Assembly (NCBI GenBank): GCA_965262675.1
Contig: OZ253554.1
Coordinates: 844,496-908,495, forward strand
DNA from: Terriglobia bacterium
GTDB lineage: Bacteria > Acidobacteriota > Terriglobia > 20CM-2-55-15
Reading direction: 5' to 3'
DNA length: 64,000 bases
The notes under the pieces were generated by a model. It did no database searches. It saw only the letters and a list, made by a program, of their open reading frames with translations, and was not told the origin of the DNA. The translations under genes were made by a program, and so were the position numbers. The number at the start of each line of letters is the position of its first letter. Position 1 is the first letter of the stretch. Below are positions 18,171-27,071 of the stretch, piece by piece.

Positions 18171-18614
18171 ATGCAATCGATGTCAATAAAATCATTCGCC
18201 GCCGCCGTCGGCATCTGCGGACTTCTGCTCGTTGCCGCAACGGCGCCCGCCCTGTCCCATCACGCGTTTTCCGCCGAGTTCGATGCGTCGAAACCGATCG
18301 AGTTGCGTGGAACGGTCACCAAGGTCGAATGGATCAATCCGCACAGTTGGATCACGATCGACGTCAGCGGGCCCGATGGCGGATCCGAAATCTGGGAAAT
18401 CGAGGCCGGCGCCCCCAATGCAATGTTCCGGCGCGGCTTCACCCGCGATTCCCTGCCGCTCGGGACTGAAATCCTGGTCAACGGTTTCCAGTCCAAGGAC
18501 GGTGCGAATCGTGCCAACGGCAGGGACCTGACCCTGCCCGACGGCAACAGATTGTTCGTCGGGTCGGCCGGGACCGGAGCGCCCGCGGACGGGCGCGATT
18601 CAACTGAACGTTAG
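18171..18614 (+). CDS. small secreted His-His protein (147 aa), partner S
   Basis: Signal peptide ...APALS then HHAFSAEFD, followed by KVEWINPHSW and the rest of the conserved core. Confidence 0.65.
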   Translation: MQSMSIKSFAAAVGICGLLLVAATAPALSHHAFSAEFDASKPIELRGTVTKVEWINPHSWITIDVSGPDGGSEIWEIEAGAPNAMFRRGFTRDSLPLGTEILVNGFQSKDGANRANGRDLTLPDGNRLFVGSAGTGAPADGRDSTER

Positions 18615-18766
18615 CAGCCCGTGGCAGAACCCTGCCGGACCGCGCCACTGGCGCCCTTGGCCCGCGGTCCTGACAGGTTTGGTGCGGAACTGCCGACGAC
18701 TACCAGTGCAATGCAATCCCGCCGGGATCGGAAACTCGTTCTTCGTACCGCGATCTTCCTCCGGGT

Positions 18767-20218
18767 TCAGTAGGTGTACTGGATGTAAATGTTGAGCCGG
18801 TTGTCGGTGCCTTCATTGGCCATCTTGTATTTCGTTTGCCAACGGATGTATTCGAACCCGGTCGTCACCGGAGGCCCCAGCCTGAACTGGGTATGAAAAT
18901 ACCCGGCGCGATTCAGGCTGATCCCGCCCGAGGGAACATGCCCATTGTTCGGGTCATCCACGGTGTAGCCCGTAAAGAAACCAACGTTCCCGCCGCGCAA
19001 TCCCATCTCGATCCATCCGCCGCGGCTGTCGATTTCCTTTCCTGTCAGCCTGTTGAACGATTGACCGGCGCCGCCGCGTACGTCTCCCATATTGCTGCCC
19101 TTCCACAGCTCTCCACGCAAGCTCACCTGGGGTGTCAACCGGAAATCGAAGTCTCCACCGAAGGAATAACTTTCGAAGTCATTCTTTCTCGCGAAGGCCG
19201 TGCTGGTGTGCTCCCGAGCGTAGTGGCTCCAAAGTCCCACAAAGGCCCGTCCGTTGGGCGTGTTGTATCCGACGCGCCCCTGCAGACCCGGCATGGCAGA
19301 GGCTTCCCCGTCCCTTATTCCGTCGCCATCGGCATCCTGGCCATTGAGAGCGCCGGTCAAGACCAGGCCCGTCTGGAGGTTGAAGCCAGGGCTGGTGCTG
19401 GTTCCGTAGCTGTAACGAAGTTGCGTCCGGCGGTCGCCCGGGTTTCCGGCGTTCCACATCAATGTTTGCAAGTTTACGTTCGGAAAAATGGGAGAAATGA
19501 TGTCGGAAGTCTGGCCCGCCAAAAGCGAATGCCGTTGCCAGTTGAGTTGTAGGAACACGTGGCGGTATCGGGGAATGCCTCGGGAATCGCTACCGCCATT
19601 GAGGAAATCGATTTCGAACTTGCCGTTTACCGTTGCACCACCTACGGCGTCCAGGGTGCCGGGCGCCCTGTAGTTGACACCGAAACGGGTCATGCGGGGA
19701 TGCAGGGTGAAGTTGGCTTGATTGTCCGCATCGGGTTGTTCGGATCGGACCACGGTGGGCGCCTGAAAGTTGTTGATCCGAGAGTCGTCAAGAGCCGCGT
19801 CGAGCCGTGCGAAGCCATAGAACGTCAAGGCGCTGCGATTTGTTTCGGCTTCAAGTACCGTCGGCTGTGCCTGCGTGGGGGGCGGTATCACACGCCGCGA
19901 TACCGGCGCCGCGGCGGGCGGAAAGATGGGAAAGGTCGACGCCACCTGGACCGCGTTTGCGACCGTGGGGTTGCGGTCCAGGGTCTCCAGACGCGATTGG
20001 ATCGCGGCCAATTGCTCCTGGATGGCCGTGTTCTGGGCCTGGATGGCCAGGTTCTGGGCCTCGAGTTCCACGATCCGCCGGCGGAGTTGTTCCAATTCGG
20101 CGCGGTCGTTCGACTGCGCCTCGGGGTTTTGAGCGTTCGTCGCGGACGAATTCACAAGAATCGCCACCATCGCGAGACCTGGCAAGATGAGGTGTGAAAA
20201 CTTCGCGGTTCTGGACAT
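18767..20218 (-). CDS. outer-membrane porin with an N-terminal coiled coil (DcaP / phosphate-selective porin-like beta-barrel)
   Basis: Signal peptide, a heptad-rich LEAQNLAIQAQNTAIQEQLAAIQSRLETL region, alternating beta strands and a C-terminal ...IYIQYTY (aromatic terminus). Confidence 0.6.
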   Translation of the reverse strand: MSRTAKFSHLILPGLAMVAILVNSSATNAQNPEAQSNDRAELEQLRRRIVELEAQNLAIQAQNTAIQEQLAAIQSRLETLDRNPTVANAVQVASTFPIFPPAAAPVSRRVIPPPTQAQPTVLEAETNRSALTFYGFARLDAALDDSRINNFQAPTVVRSEQPDADNQANFTLHPRMTRFGVNYRAPGTLDAVGGATVNGKFEIDFLNGGSDSRGIPRYRHVFLQLNWQRHSLLAGQTSDIISPIFPNVNLQTLMWNAGNPGDRRTQLRYSYGTSTSPGFNLQTGLVLTGALNGQDADGDGIRDGEASAMPGLQGRVGYNTPNGRAFVGLWSHYAREHTSTAFARKNDFESYSFGGDFDFRLTPQVSLRGELWKGSNMGDVRGGAGQSFNRLTGKEIDSRGGWIEMGLRGGNVGFFTGYTVDDPNNGHVPSGGISLNRAGYFHTQFRLGPPVTTGFEYIRWQTKYKMANEGTDNRLNIYIQYTY

Positions 20219-20495
20219 CGAAAATTCTCCTCTGAAAATATCCCTCAGGCTCATTTTCACGATTCGCGGGATCATGGACGGCTCTCTTGACTGTTCCCGC
20301 GGGGCACAAGCGAACAGCGCCGCGATCCACCGATACGGTTCCGGTCGAGTCCGGCTTCAACCAGACCAGCCGCCCGATTCCGATAATACATCCGTTCGAA
20401 CGCCGCCGGAGATGTCTCCGGCCGGTTCCGGCAATCGCTCCGTATTGTAGTGCGTCAATCTCTTTCGATGGAACCTGCCGGCCGATCTCGTCCGA

Positions 20496-20532
20496 CTGTA
20501 GGTGCGGTCTATGACCGCACGATCCGCCCCTG
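20496..20532. repeat. solo REP element ctgtaggtgcggtctatgaccgcacgatc
   Basis: Same palindromic core as the 6680-7330 array. Confidence 0.7.
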
Positions 20533-20894
20533 CAATCACGTAACCCGTGACATCGGATACGTTGCGGGGGAGAATCAAGTGTCCTGACCCATAAATAGCG
20601 AGTTTAACGTTCGGAGCGCAACGGGGTCGTATTCGAGGAGTGACGACCGAGCAAATGTCCCGCATTGCGAGTGGAGGAACGACAACGAAGACGGCCCCGT
20701 TCCGCCCGAACCCTTTGGGCCGATGGGGGTTGGCGGCGATCTCGTTGTCGCTCGACGTTCGCGATGAATGAGCATCCACTTCCGTCTCGCTGCCAGCCAA
20801 GACCCATCGGCGTTAGGCACGTTATTTGTGGGACAGGACACTACCTTGAACTTTGGGCTGAAGGCCGACTCGATACCGCGAGCCAGGAGAATTC

Positions 20895-22466
20895 ATGATA
20901 TCCGGCAGACTTGCAGGCATGGTGTTTGGGGTTGGGTTCCTCATATCCGCCCCGGCCTTGGGCAACGAGGCCGACTTGGCCACCGCCGCCAGGGTGGGTG
21001 ACTGGGCGGCGGTTATTGCCCTTGTCGACGATGGCGTGGATGTCAACACCAAGGACCTGGACGGCAACCGGGCGCTGCACTGGGCGGTTCGCTCCGATGC
21101 CACGGAAGCGGCCGGGCGGCTCCTTGAAAGTGGCGCGGATCCCGCGGTCGAAAACCGTCACGGAGTTACGCCGCTCTATCAGGCTGCGGAGAACGGCAAT
21201 GCTTCGATCGCACGGTTGCTCATCGAGGCCGGCGCCGATCCGAATCAGGTGGACCGGACCGGGGAAACGATCCTGATGATCGCCACCCAGACCGGCGATG
21301 CCGAGACGGTCCGGGTACTCCTCGATCATGGCGCCGATGTCACCGCGACCGATCCGGAATTTGGACAAACCGCCCTGATGTGGGCCGCGAGAGGCGATCG
21401 TCCCGGCTTGGTCGAAATGCTGATCGATCATGGCTCGGATGTCACCGCGCGTACCCGGCGGGGTGAAACCCCCGCGCCCCGGCTGCCGTGCATCGGCAGA
21501 ACCGGGTGCGGCTCTCACGGGCTGGGCATCATCCGGGGAGGGCTTCCGGAGCGTGGCAAGCGCGCTCCGATCCCTGGCGAGATGACGCCCCTGATGTACG
21601 CCGCCCGGGAGGGGCGGACCGAATCGGCGCGGCTCTTGCTGGAAGCCGGAGCGGACGTGAACGCGGTTGACGCGAACGGCATCGCGCCTCTGCTTCTTGC
21701 GATCGGCAACTATCGAATCGAACTGGCCGAGTTGCTGCTGGATCGTGGCGCCGATTTGAATGCGGTGGACTGGTATGGACGAACGCCGTTGTGGGCTGCC
21801 GTCGAGATGCGGAATGTGGATCTGCACTATTCGACCTTCGAGCATATGATCGACGCGGACGATCGCGAGGAGATCCTGGAATTCATTCGCGCGCTGCTGG
21901 ATCGGGGGGCCGAAGTCAACGTCCGGATTCAGGAAGTCCCGCCGCTTCGGAGTTGGATGTATCTGCTTGGAGGCTCTCTGGCGTGGGTGGACTTTACCGG
22001 ACAAACACCGTTTCTGCTCGCCTCGTTATCCGGTGACATCGCCACGATGCGGCTTCTGCTCGAATACGGCGCAAACCCCTACATTTCCACTTTTGAAGGT
22101 ACGACTCCCCTGATGGCTGTCGCGGGAATCAACTGGGTGGTGAATCAGACATTCACCGAGTGGGACTCGCTCGTCGAAGCGGTCGAACTCTGTTGGGAAC
22201 TTGGAATGGATGTGAACGCGGTGAACTCGATGGGGCTCACCGCCCTGATGGGTGCGGCCAACCGGGGTTCATCCGACATCATCGAGTTCCTGGTGGACAG
22301 GGGCGCACGCCTCGATGCGAGGGACAACGAAGGCCGGACGCCGCTCACATGGGCCGAGGGGGTGTTTCTGGCCACGCACGCTCCCGAACCCAAGCCCGAA
22401 TCGATTGCGGTGATCCGGGACTTGATGGATCGGACGAACGTGGCGGATGCCGGCGTACCCGAATAG
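20895..22466 (+). CDS. ankyrin-repeat protein with a signal peptide (about 12 ANK repeats)
   Basis: Repeated G.T.LH.A...G......LL..GAD.N motifs; N-terminal hydrophobic signal. Confidence 0.85.
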   Translation: MISGRLAGMVFGVGFLISAPALGNEADLATAARVGDWAAVIALVDDGVDVNTKDLDGNRALHWAVRSDATEAAGRLLESGADPAVENRHGVTPLYQAAENGNASIARLLIEAGADPNQVDRTGETILMIATQTGDAETVRVLLDHGADVTATDPEFGQTALMWAARGDRPGLVEMLIDHGSDVTARTRRGETPAPRLPCIGRTGCGSHGLGIIRGGLPERGKRAPIPGEMTPLMYAAREGRTESARLLLEAGADVNAVDANGIAPLLLAIGNYRIELAELLLDRGADLNAVDWYGRTPLWAAVEMRNVDLHYSTFEHMIDADDREEILEFIRALLDRGAEVNVRIQEVPPLRSWMYLLGGSLAWVDFTGQTPFLLASLSGDIATMRLLLEYGANPYISTFEGTTPLMAVAGINWVVNQTFTEWDSLVEAVELCWELGMDVNAVNSMGLTALMGAANRGSSDIIEFLVDRGARLDARDNEGRTPLTWAEGVFLATHAPEPKPESIAVIRDLMDRTNVADAGVPE

Positions 22467-22493
22467 AGGCGGCCCGGGCGACATGTTTCACTC

Positions 22494-24860
22494 ATGTTTC
22501 ACTCAAGAGAGACGGCATTGACCGGGAAGACCCGGTCGGCATGGGTGGCGGCCGCACTGTTGGCGCTTGGCCCGCACGCTGTCACTCTTGCGGCGGTGCC
22601 CGCGCAGGCCACCCCGGAAGCGGCGGTTCCAACTGAATTCTCCCGGGATCGGGCGCAAGGGCTTCTCGACCGATACTGTCTGACCTGCCACAATTCGACC
22701 GCAAACACTGCGGGCCTTGCCCTCGACACAAAGGACGCGGAGATCGTGGGTCCGGATGCCGAGGTCTGGGAATCTGTCGTCCGCAAGATCCGCACCGGCC
22801 TGATGCCTCCAGGGGAAGCGCCCCGGCCGATACGTCGAGACCTGGATGGTTTGGCATCATGGCTCGAGGCCGGACTGGATCGTGCTGCCGCCGGCGCCCC
22901 CAATCCGGGATCGCCCACGCTTCACCGGCTGAACCGGACCGAGTATGCCAATGCGATCCGTGACCTGCTCGATCTCGAGATCGACGCGTCGACGCTGCTT
23001 CCCGTAGACAGATCGGCTGCGGGCTTCGACAACGTCGCCGACGTGTTGAGTACATCTCCGGCGCTCATCGACGGCTATCTCTCCGCGGCGATGAAGGTGA
23101 GCCGTCTGGCGGTTGGCGACCTGACGGCGCCGCCGCGCATCGTGACCCATCGTGCGCCTGACGACCTGTCACAAACCGGACACATCGAGGGCTTGCCGCT
23201 CGGAACTCGCGGAGGCATGGTCGTGCGGCATGTGTTTCCGCTGGATGCCGAGTACGAGTTCGCTGTCGGCGGCGGTGGTCCGGACCTCGACTTCACGATT
23301 GACGGCGAGAGCGTTCCGGCGGGCGATCGTGACGGGATCGTACGACAAGTCTCCGCCGGGCCCCATACTCTCGCCGCTTCCCTGGTACGGACTCTTCGAT
23401 CCGCCGGTGTCGATGACACGTTCAGTGCGCCGGTCAGCAACCGTGGCGGTATCCAGAGTATTACGGTAACGGGTCCACTCGATCCGACCGGTCCGGGGGA
23501 CACACCCAGTCGTCGCCGGATTTTCGTTTGCCAACCGGCAGGCGCCGAAGATGAATTGCGTTGCGCGCGCGATATCCTGGGCGCCCTGGCCCGGCCGGCG
23601 TTCCGGCGGCCTGTCCCCAACGATGATCCGGTAATGACAACGCTCGTCGAATTCTACGAGGCGGGACGCGGCGAAGGCACGTTCGAAACCGGCATCCAGC
23701 ATGCTCTGGCGCGCATCCTCGTAGACCCGCGGTTCATCTTCCGCATGGAACATGTGCCAGACGAACTGGCCGTGGGCGCGGTCTACCCTCTGACGGATAT
23801 CGAAATCGCGTCGCGTCTCTCCTTCTTTCTCTGGAGCAGCATTCCCGATGACGAACTTCTCGAAGTGGCGGCGTCCGGCATGCTCTCCGATCCTGCGACG
23901 TTCGAAGAGCAAACCCTTCGCATGCTGGCAAATCCACGATCCCAGGCACTGATCGACAACTTCGCCGCGCAGTGGATGGGCCTGAGGGAACTCGAAGACG
24001 CCGCGCCCGAATCGGACGGCTTCGACGCCAATCTGCGGCTGGCCTTTGAGCGCGAGACGCGCCTGTTGTTCGAGCACATCGTCAACGAAGACCGGAGCAT
24101 CGTTGAACTGTTGGATGCGGATTACACGTTTCTGGATCAGCGTCTTGCCGAACACTATGGCATTCCCGGCGTCCGTGGAAGTCGAGTGCGCCGGGTTGCG
24201 CTCGATCCCGACAGCCCGCGGCGCGGCATTCTGGGGCATGGCAGCATCCTTCTGGTGACATCGGTCGCCAACCGGACATCGCCGGTTGTCCGCGGGAAGT
24301 GGGTTCTCGAGAATCTGCTCGGTGCGCCACCGCCGTCCCCGCCGGCTGGCGTGGAGACCAACCTTGACGAGACACCGGATGCGGTGGCGTCGGGGACTTT
24401 GCGCGCGCGACTGGAGCAGCACCGCGCAAATCCGGCTTGCGCCTCCTGCCACGGCATCATGGACCCTATCGGCTTCAGCCTGGAGAACTTCGATCTGACC
24501 GGACGGTGGCGGGAATACGACGGGGATGCGCCGATCGACGCGTCTTCCGAACTGGCGGACGGTACCGTTCTGGACGGTCCCGCGAGTCTTCGAAGGGCGT
24601 TGCTGCTGCGTTCAGACGCGTTCGTGTCGACTGCCGTCGAGAAGTTGTTGACCTACGCCACCGGACGGGCGGCGGAATATTACGACATGCCGGCTATCCG
24701 TTCCATCGTTCGCGGCACCGCCGCCTCGGACTACCGTTTCTCATCGCTCGTCCTGGGTATCGTAGCGAGTCCACCGTTTCAAACACGGGTCAAGGCGGTG
24801 GAGCGTAACGATACGGTGGCCGAAGCGGAACTGGCGGTAGAAACGCCCGGGCAGGACTGA
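22494..24860 (+). CDS. DUF1592/DUF1595/DUF1587/DUF1588-type protein with an N-terminal cytochrome-c-like CxxCH motif
   Basis: CLTCHN heme-binding motif near the N-terminus and a long multi-domain body. It forms the canonical pair with the downstream DUF1552 gene. Confidence 0.8.
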   Translation: MFHSRETALTGKTRSAWVAAALLALGPHAVTLAAVPAQATPEAAVPTEFSRDRAQGLLDRYCLTCHNSTANTAGLALDTKDAEIVGPDAEVWESVVRKIRTGLMPPGEAPRPIRRDLDGLASWLEAGLDRAAAGAPNPGSPTLHRLNRTEYANAIRDLLDLEIDASTLLPVDRSAAGFDNVADVLSTSPALIDGYLSAAMKVSRLAVGDLTAPPRIVTHRAPDDLSQTGHIEGLPLGTRGGMVVRHVFPLDAEYEFAVGGGGPDLDFTIDGESVPAGDRDGIVRQVSAGPHTLAASLVRTLRSAGVDDTFSAPVSNRGGIQSITVTGPLDPTGPGDTPSRRRIFVCQPAGAEDELRCARDILGALARPAFRRPVPNDDPVMTTLVEFYEAGRGEGTFETGIQHALARILVDPRFIFRMEHVPDELAVGAVYPLTDIEIASRLSFFLWSSIPDDELLEVAASGMLSDPATFEEQTLRMLANPRSQALIDNFAAQWMGLRELEDAAPESDGFDANLRLAFERETRLLFEHIVNEDRSIVELLDADYTFLDQRLAEHYGIPGVRGSRVRRVALDPDSPRRGILGHGSILLVTSVANRTSPVVRGKWVLENLLGAPPPSPPAGVETNLDETPDAVASGTLRARLEQHRANPACASCHGIMDPIGFSLENFDLTGRWREYDGDAPIDASSELADGTVLDGPASLRRALLLRSDAFVSTAVEKLLTYATGRAAEYYDMPAIRSIVRGTAASDYRFSSLVLGIVASPPFQTRVKAVERNDTVAEAELAVETPGQD

Positions 24861-24886
24861 GAGTTTCGATTGAAGAGATTGCGGAA

Positions 24887-26197
24887 ATGAACTTTATTTC
24901 GAAGAAGCATCTGGCGCGGAGGACGTTCCTCCGGGGCGCGGGCGCGACGCTGGCTCTGCCATTGCTCGATTCGATGGTGTCGGCACAGACTCCCTTGAAC
25001 CGAACGCCGGCGTCGCCACAAAGCCGGTTCGCGTGCATCTACTTTCCTCACGGAGTCACGATGGACAAGTGGACGCCCGCGACTGAAGGGAAGGATTTCG
25101 AATTTACCGAGATCCTGAAGCCTCTCGAACCATTCAGGGAACGCATCAACGTCGTGAGCAACCTGTATGCGCCCTCGGCATACGGCGCGGATGCTTCGGC
25201 CGGGGCCAATCACGAGCGGTCCTCGGCCGTGTTTTTGACCGCGGCCAGGGCTGAAGAGGGCGCCCGCGTTTTTCTGGGCCCGTCAGTGGACCAGATTGCG
25301 GCCCGAACGATTGGCCAGGACACTCCGTTGCCCTCCATTGAACTCACGGTCCAGGAAGGGGGACGAACCAGTCCCTACCGGAACACGATTTCCTGGCAGT
25401 CCGCAACGACGCCCCTTCCGATGGAGCATAATCCCCAGGCAGTTTTCGAGAAACTGTTCGGGGATGGGACGACCGATGCCGAACGTGGGGCGCGTCGTCA
25501 ACAGTCCCGAAGTCTGTTGGACTCGGTTGTGGACCAGATCGCCACCTTGAACTCGGAGTTGCCGGCTGGAGACAGGGGCCGGCTCGGCGAATACCTGGAC
25601 AACGTCCGCGAGATCGAGCGCCGGATCGAGAAAGCGGAGGCACGGATGGCGACGGCGGACCTGGAGGTGCCCGAGGCGCCCGTAGGCATACCGAATGCGT
25701 TCGAAGACCACATCGAGTTGCTTTTCGATCTGCAGGTGCTCGCGTGGCAGGCCGAGATCACGCGAATTTCGACGTTGATGCTGGCCCCCGAACTCAGCAA
25801 TGCGGTCTATCCCGGCACGGGAATCCGTGACGGGTTTCACAACCTCTCGCACCACTCCCACAGTCGGGCCAACATGGATCGGTTCGCCGAACTCAACGCC
25901 TACCACCACGGTATGTTGGCTTACTTCCTGGAGAGTCTGGCGGCGACGCCCGACGGCGACGAGACGCTCCTCGACAACTCGTTGATCCTCTACGGCAGCG
26001 GCATGAGCGACGGCAACGCGCACAACCACACCCCACTGCCTCTGGTGCTGGCCGGAGGCGCCGCCGGAAATCTGGCGGGGGGACGGCACATCAAGGCCCG
26101 CCGCGAAACGCATGCGAACCTGCTCCTCGCGATGCTCGACAAACTCGGGGTTCCGGCGGAACAATTCGGTGACAGCACCGGTCTGGTGGAGATTTGA
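24887..26197 (+). CDS. DUF1552 family protein (TAT-secreted)
   Basis: RRTFLRGAGATLALPLL TAT signal; conserved partner of DUF1592 proteins. Confidence 0.8.
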   Translation: MNFISKKHLARRTFLRGAGATLALPLLDSMVSAQTPLNRTPASPQSRFACIYFPHGVTMDKWTPATEGKDFEFTEILKPLEPFRERINVVSNLYAPSAYGADASAGANHERSSAVFLTAARAEEGARVFLGPSVDQIAARTIGQDTPLPSIELTVQEGGRTSPYRNTISWQSATTPLPMEHNPQAVFEKLFGDGTTDAERGARRQQSRSLLDSVVDQIATLNSELPAGDRGRLGEYLDNVREIERRIEKAEARMATADLEVPEAPVGIPNAFEDHIELLFDLQVLAWQAEITRISTLMLAPELSNAVYPGTGIRDGFHNLSHHSHSRANMDRFAELNAYHHGMLAYFLESLAATPDGDETLLDNSLILYGSGMSDGNAHNHTPLPLVLAGGAAGNLAGGRHIKARRETHANLLLAMLDKLGVPAEQFGDSTGLVEI

Positions 26198-26198
26198 C

Positions 26199-27038
26199 AT
26201 GTCAGGCACACTGACACGCCGGGAAGCGCTTCAACTTCTGGGCGGCGCGGCGGCAACGCTGTCACTGCCGTCCTCTGGGGAGGCCGGTCTTGAGCAGGGT
26301 TCCGATACGCCTCTGCTGGCGCGCACGACAGGACTCGAACACCTCGGGTTCACGGTGCCCGACACGCACGCCACGGCGGAGTTCTATGGACGAATCTTCA
26401 ACCCGCAGTTGTTCAGGGAGCGGGAGGACGAGAATCGGCTTTACGTGACCGCCGGCACCGCGTATCTGGCCTTCGGCGGAAACATGCCGGATTCGACGCC
26501 GCACATCGACCACTTCTGCGCGCTCATGCCGGACTACGACTCAGGCAGGATGCGGCCCATGATCGAGGCGGCGGGTATCGATCTGACTCCCGGGGGATTC
26601 GGCATGCTGTTGGACCCGGATGGGCTGCGGCTTCAGTTGCTGAACGTTCCAGGCGGTCTGGCCGGAACCATCGTGCCGGCCGGCCGGATTTCGCTCGATC
26701 CGCCCGCGGTTCATGCCGTGGGACTCGACAGCATCGCGTTGCGTGTGTCGGACCTCGCTCGATCCATCGAACACTATCGGAAACTCTTTGGCCTTGAGAC
26801 TTCCAATCCACAGGGCACCGCATTCGATGCCGCGAACACACGACTTGTCCTCGAACAGGCCGCGTCCGGCGAGACGCCGAGTATCGCCCGCTTTTGCCTT
26901 ACGGTTGCCGGCTTCGACCGCCAGGCCATCGCAGGGAAACTGGAAGGTCTTCAGGTGGAGCTTGCGTCGTCCGGCGATGACGCACTGCTCAGCTTCCGCG
27001 ATCCCCATGGACACGTCGTTGAATTGAAAGCGGCGTAG
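26199..27038 (+). CDS. VOC (glyoxalase/bleomycin-resistance/dioxygenase) family protein with two domains and a TAT-like signal
   Basis: Two beta-alpha-beta-beta-beta modules (LEHLGFTVPDTHATAEFY..., LDSIALRVSDLARSIEHY...); start taken at MSGTLTRREALQLLGG. Confidence 0.55.
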   Translation: MSGTLTRREALQLLGGAAATLSLPSSGEAGLEQGSDTPLLARTTGLEHLGFTVPDTHATAEFYGRIFNPQLFREREDENRLYVTAGTAYLAFGGNMPDSTPHIDHFCALMPDYDSGRMRPMIEAAGIDLTPGGFGMLLDPDGLRLQLLNVPGGLAGTIVPAGRISLDPPAVHAVGLDSIALRVSDLARSIEHYRKLFGLETSNPQGTAFDAANTRLVLEQAASGETPSIARFCLTVAGFDRQAIAGKLEGLQVELASSGDDALLSFRDPHGHVVELKAA

Positions 27039-27071
27039 CGGTCGTTCCAGGAGCGAAGAAATTCGAGGAGA

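Noticed and set aside
20841-22004. 387-aa minus-strand ORF
   Set aside because: Antisense to the ankyrin-repeat gene.
23169-24452. 427-aa minus-strand ORF
   Set aside because: Antisense to the DUF1592 gene.
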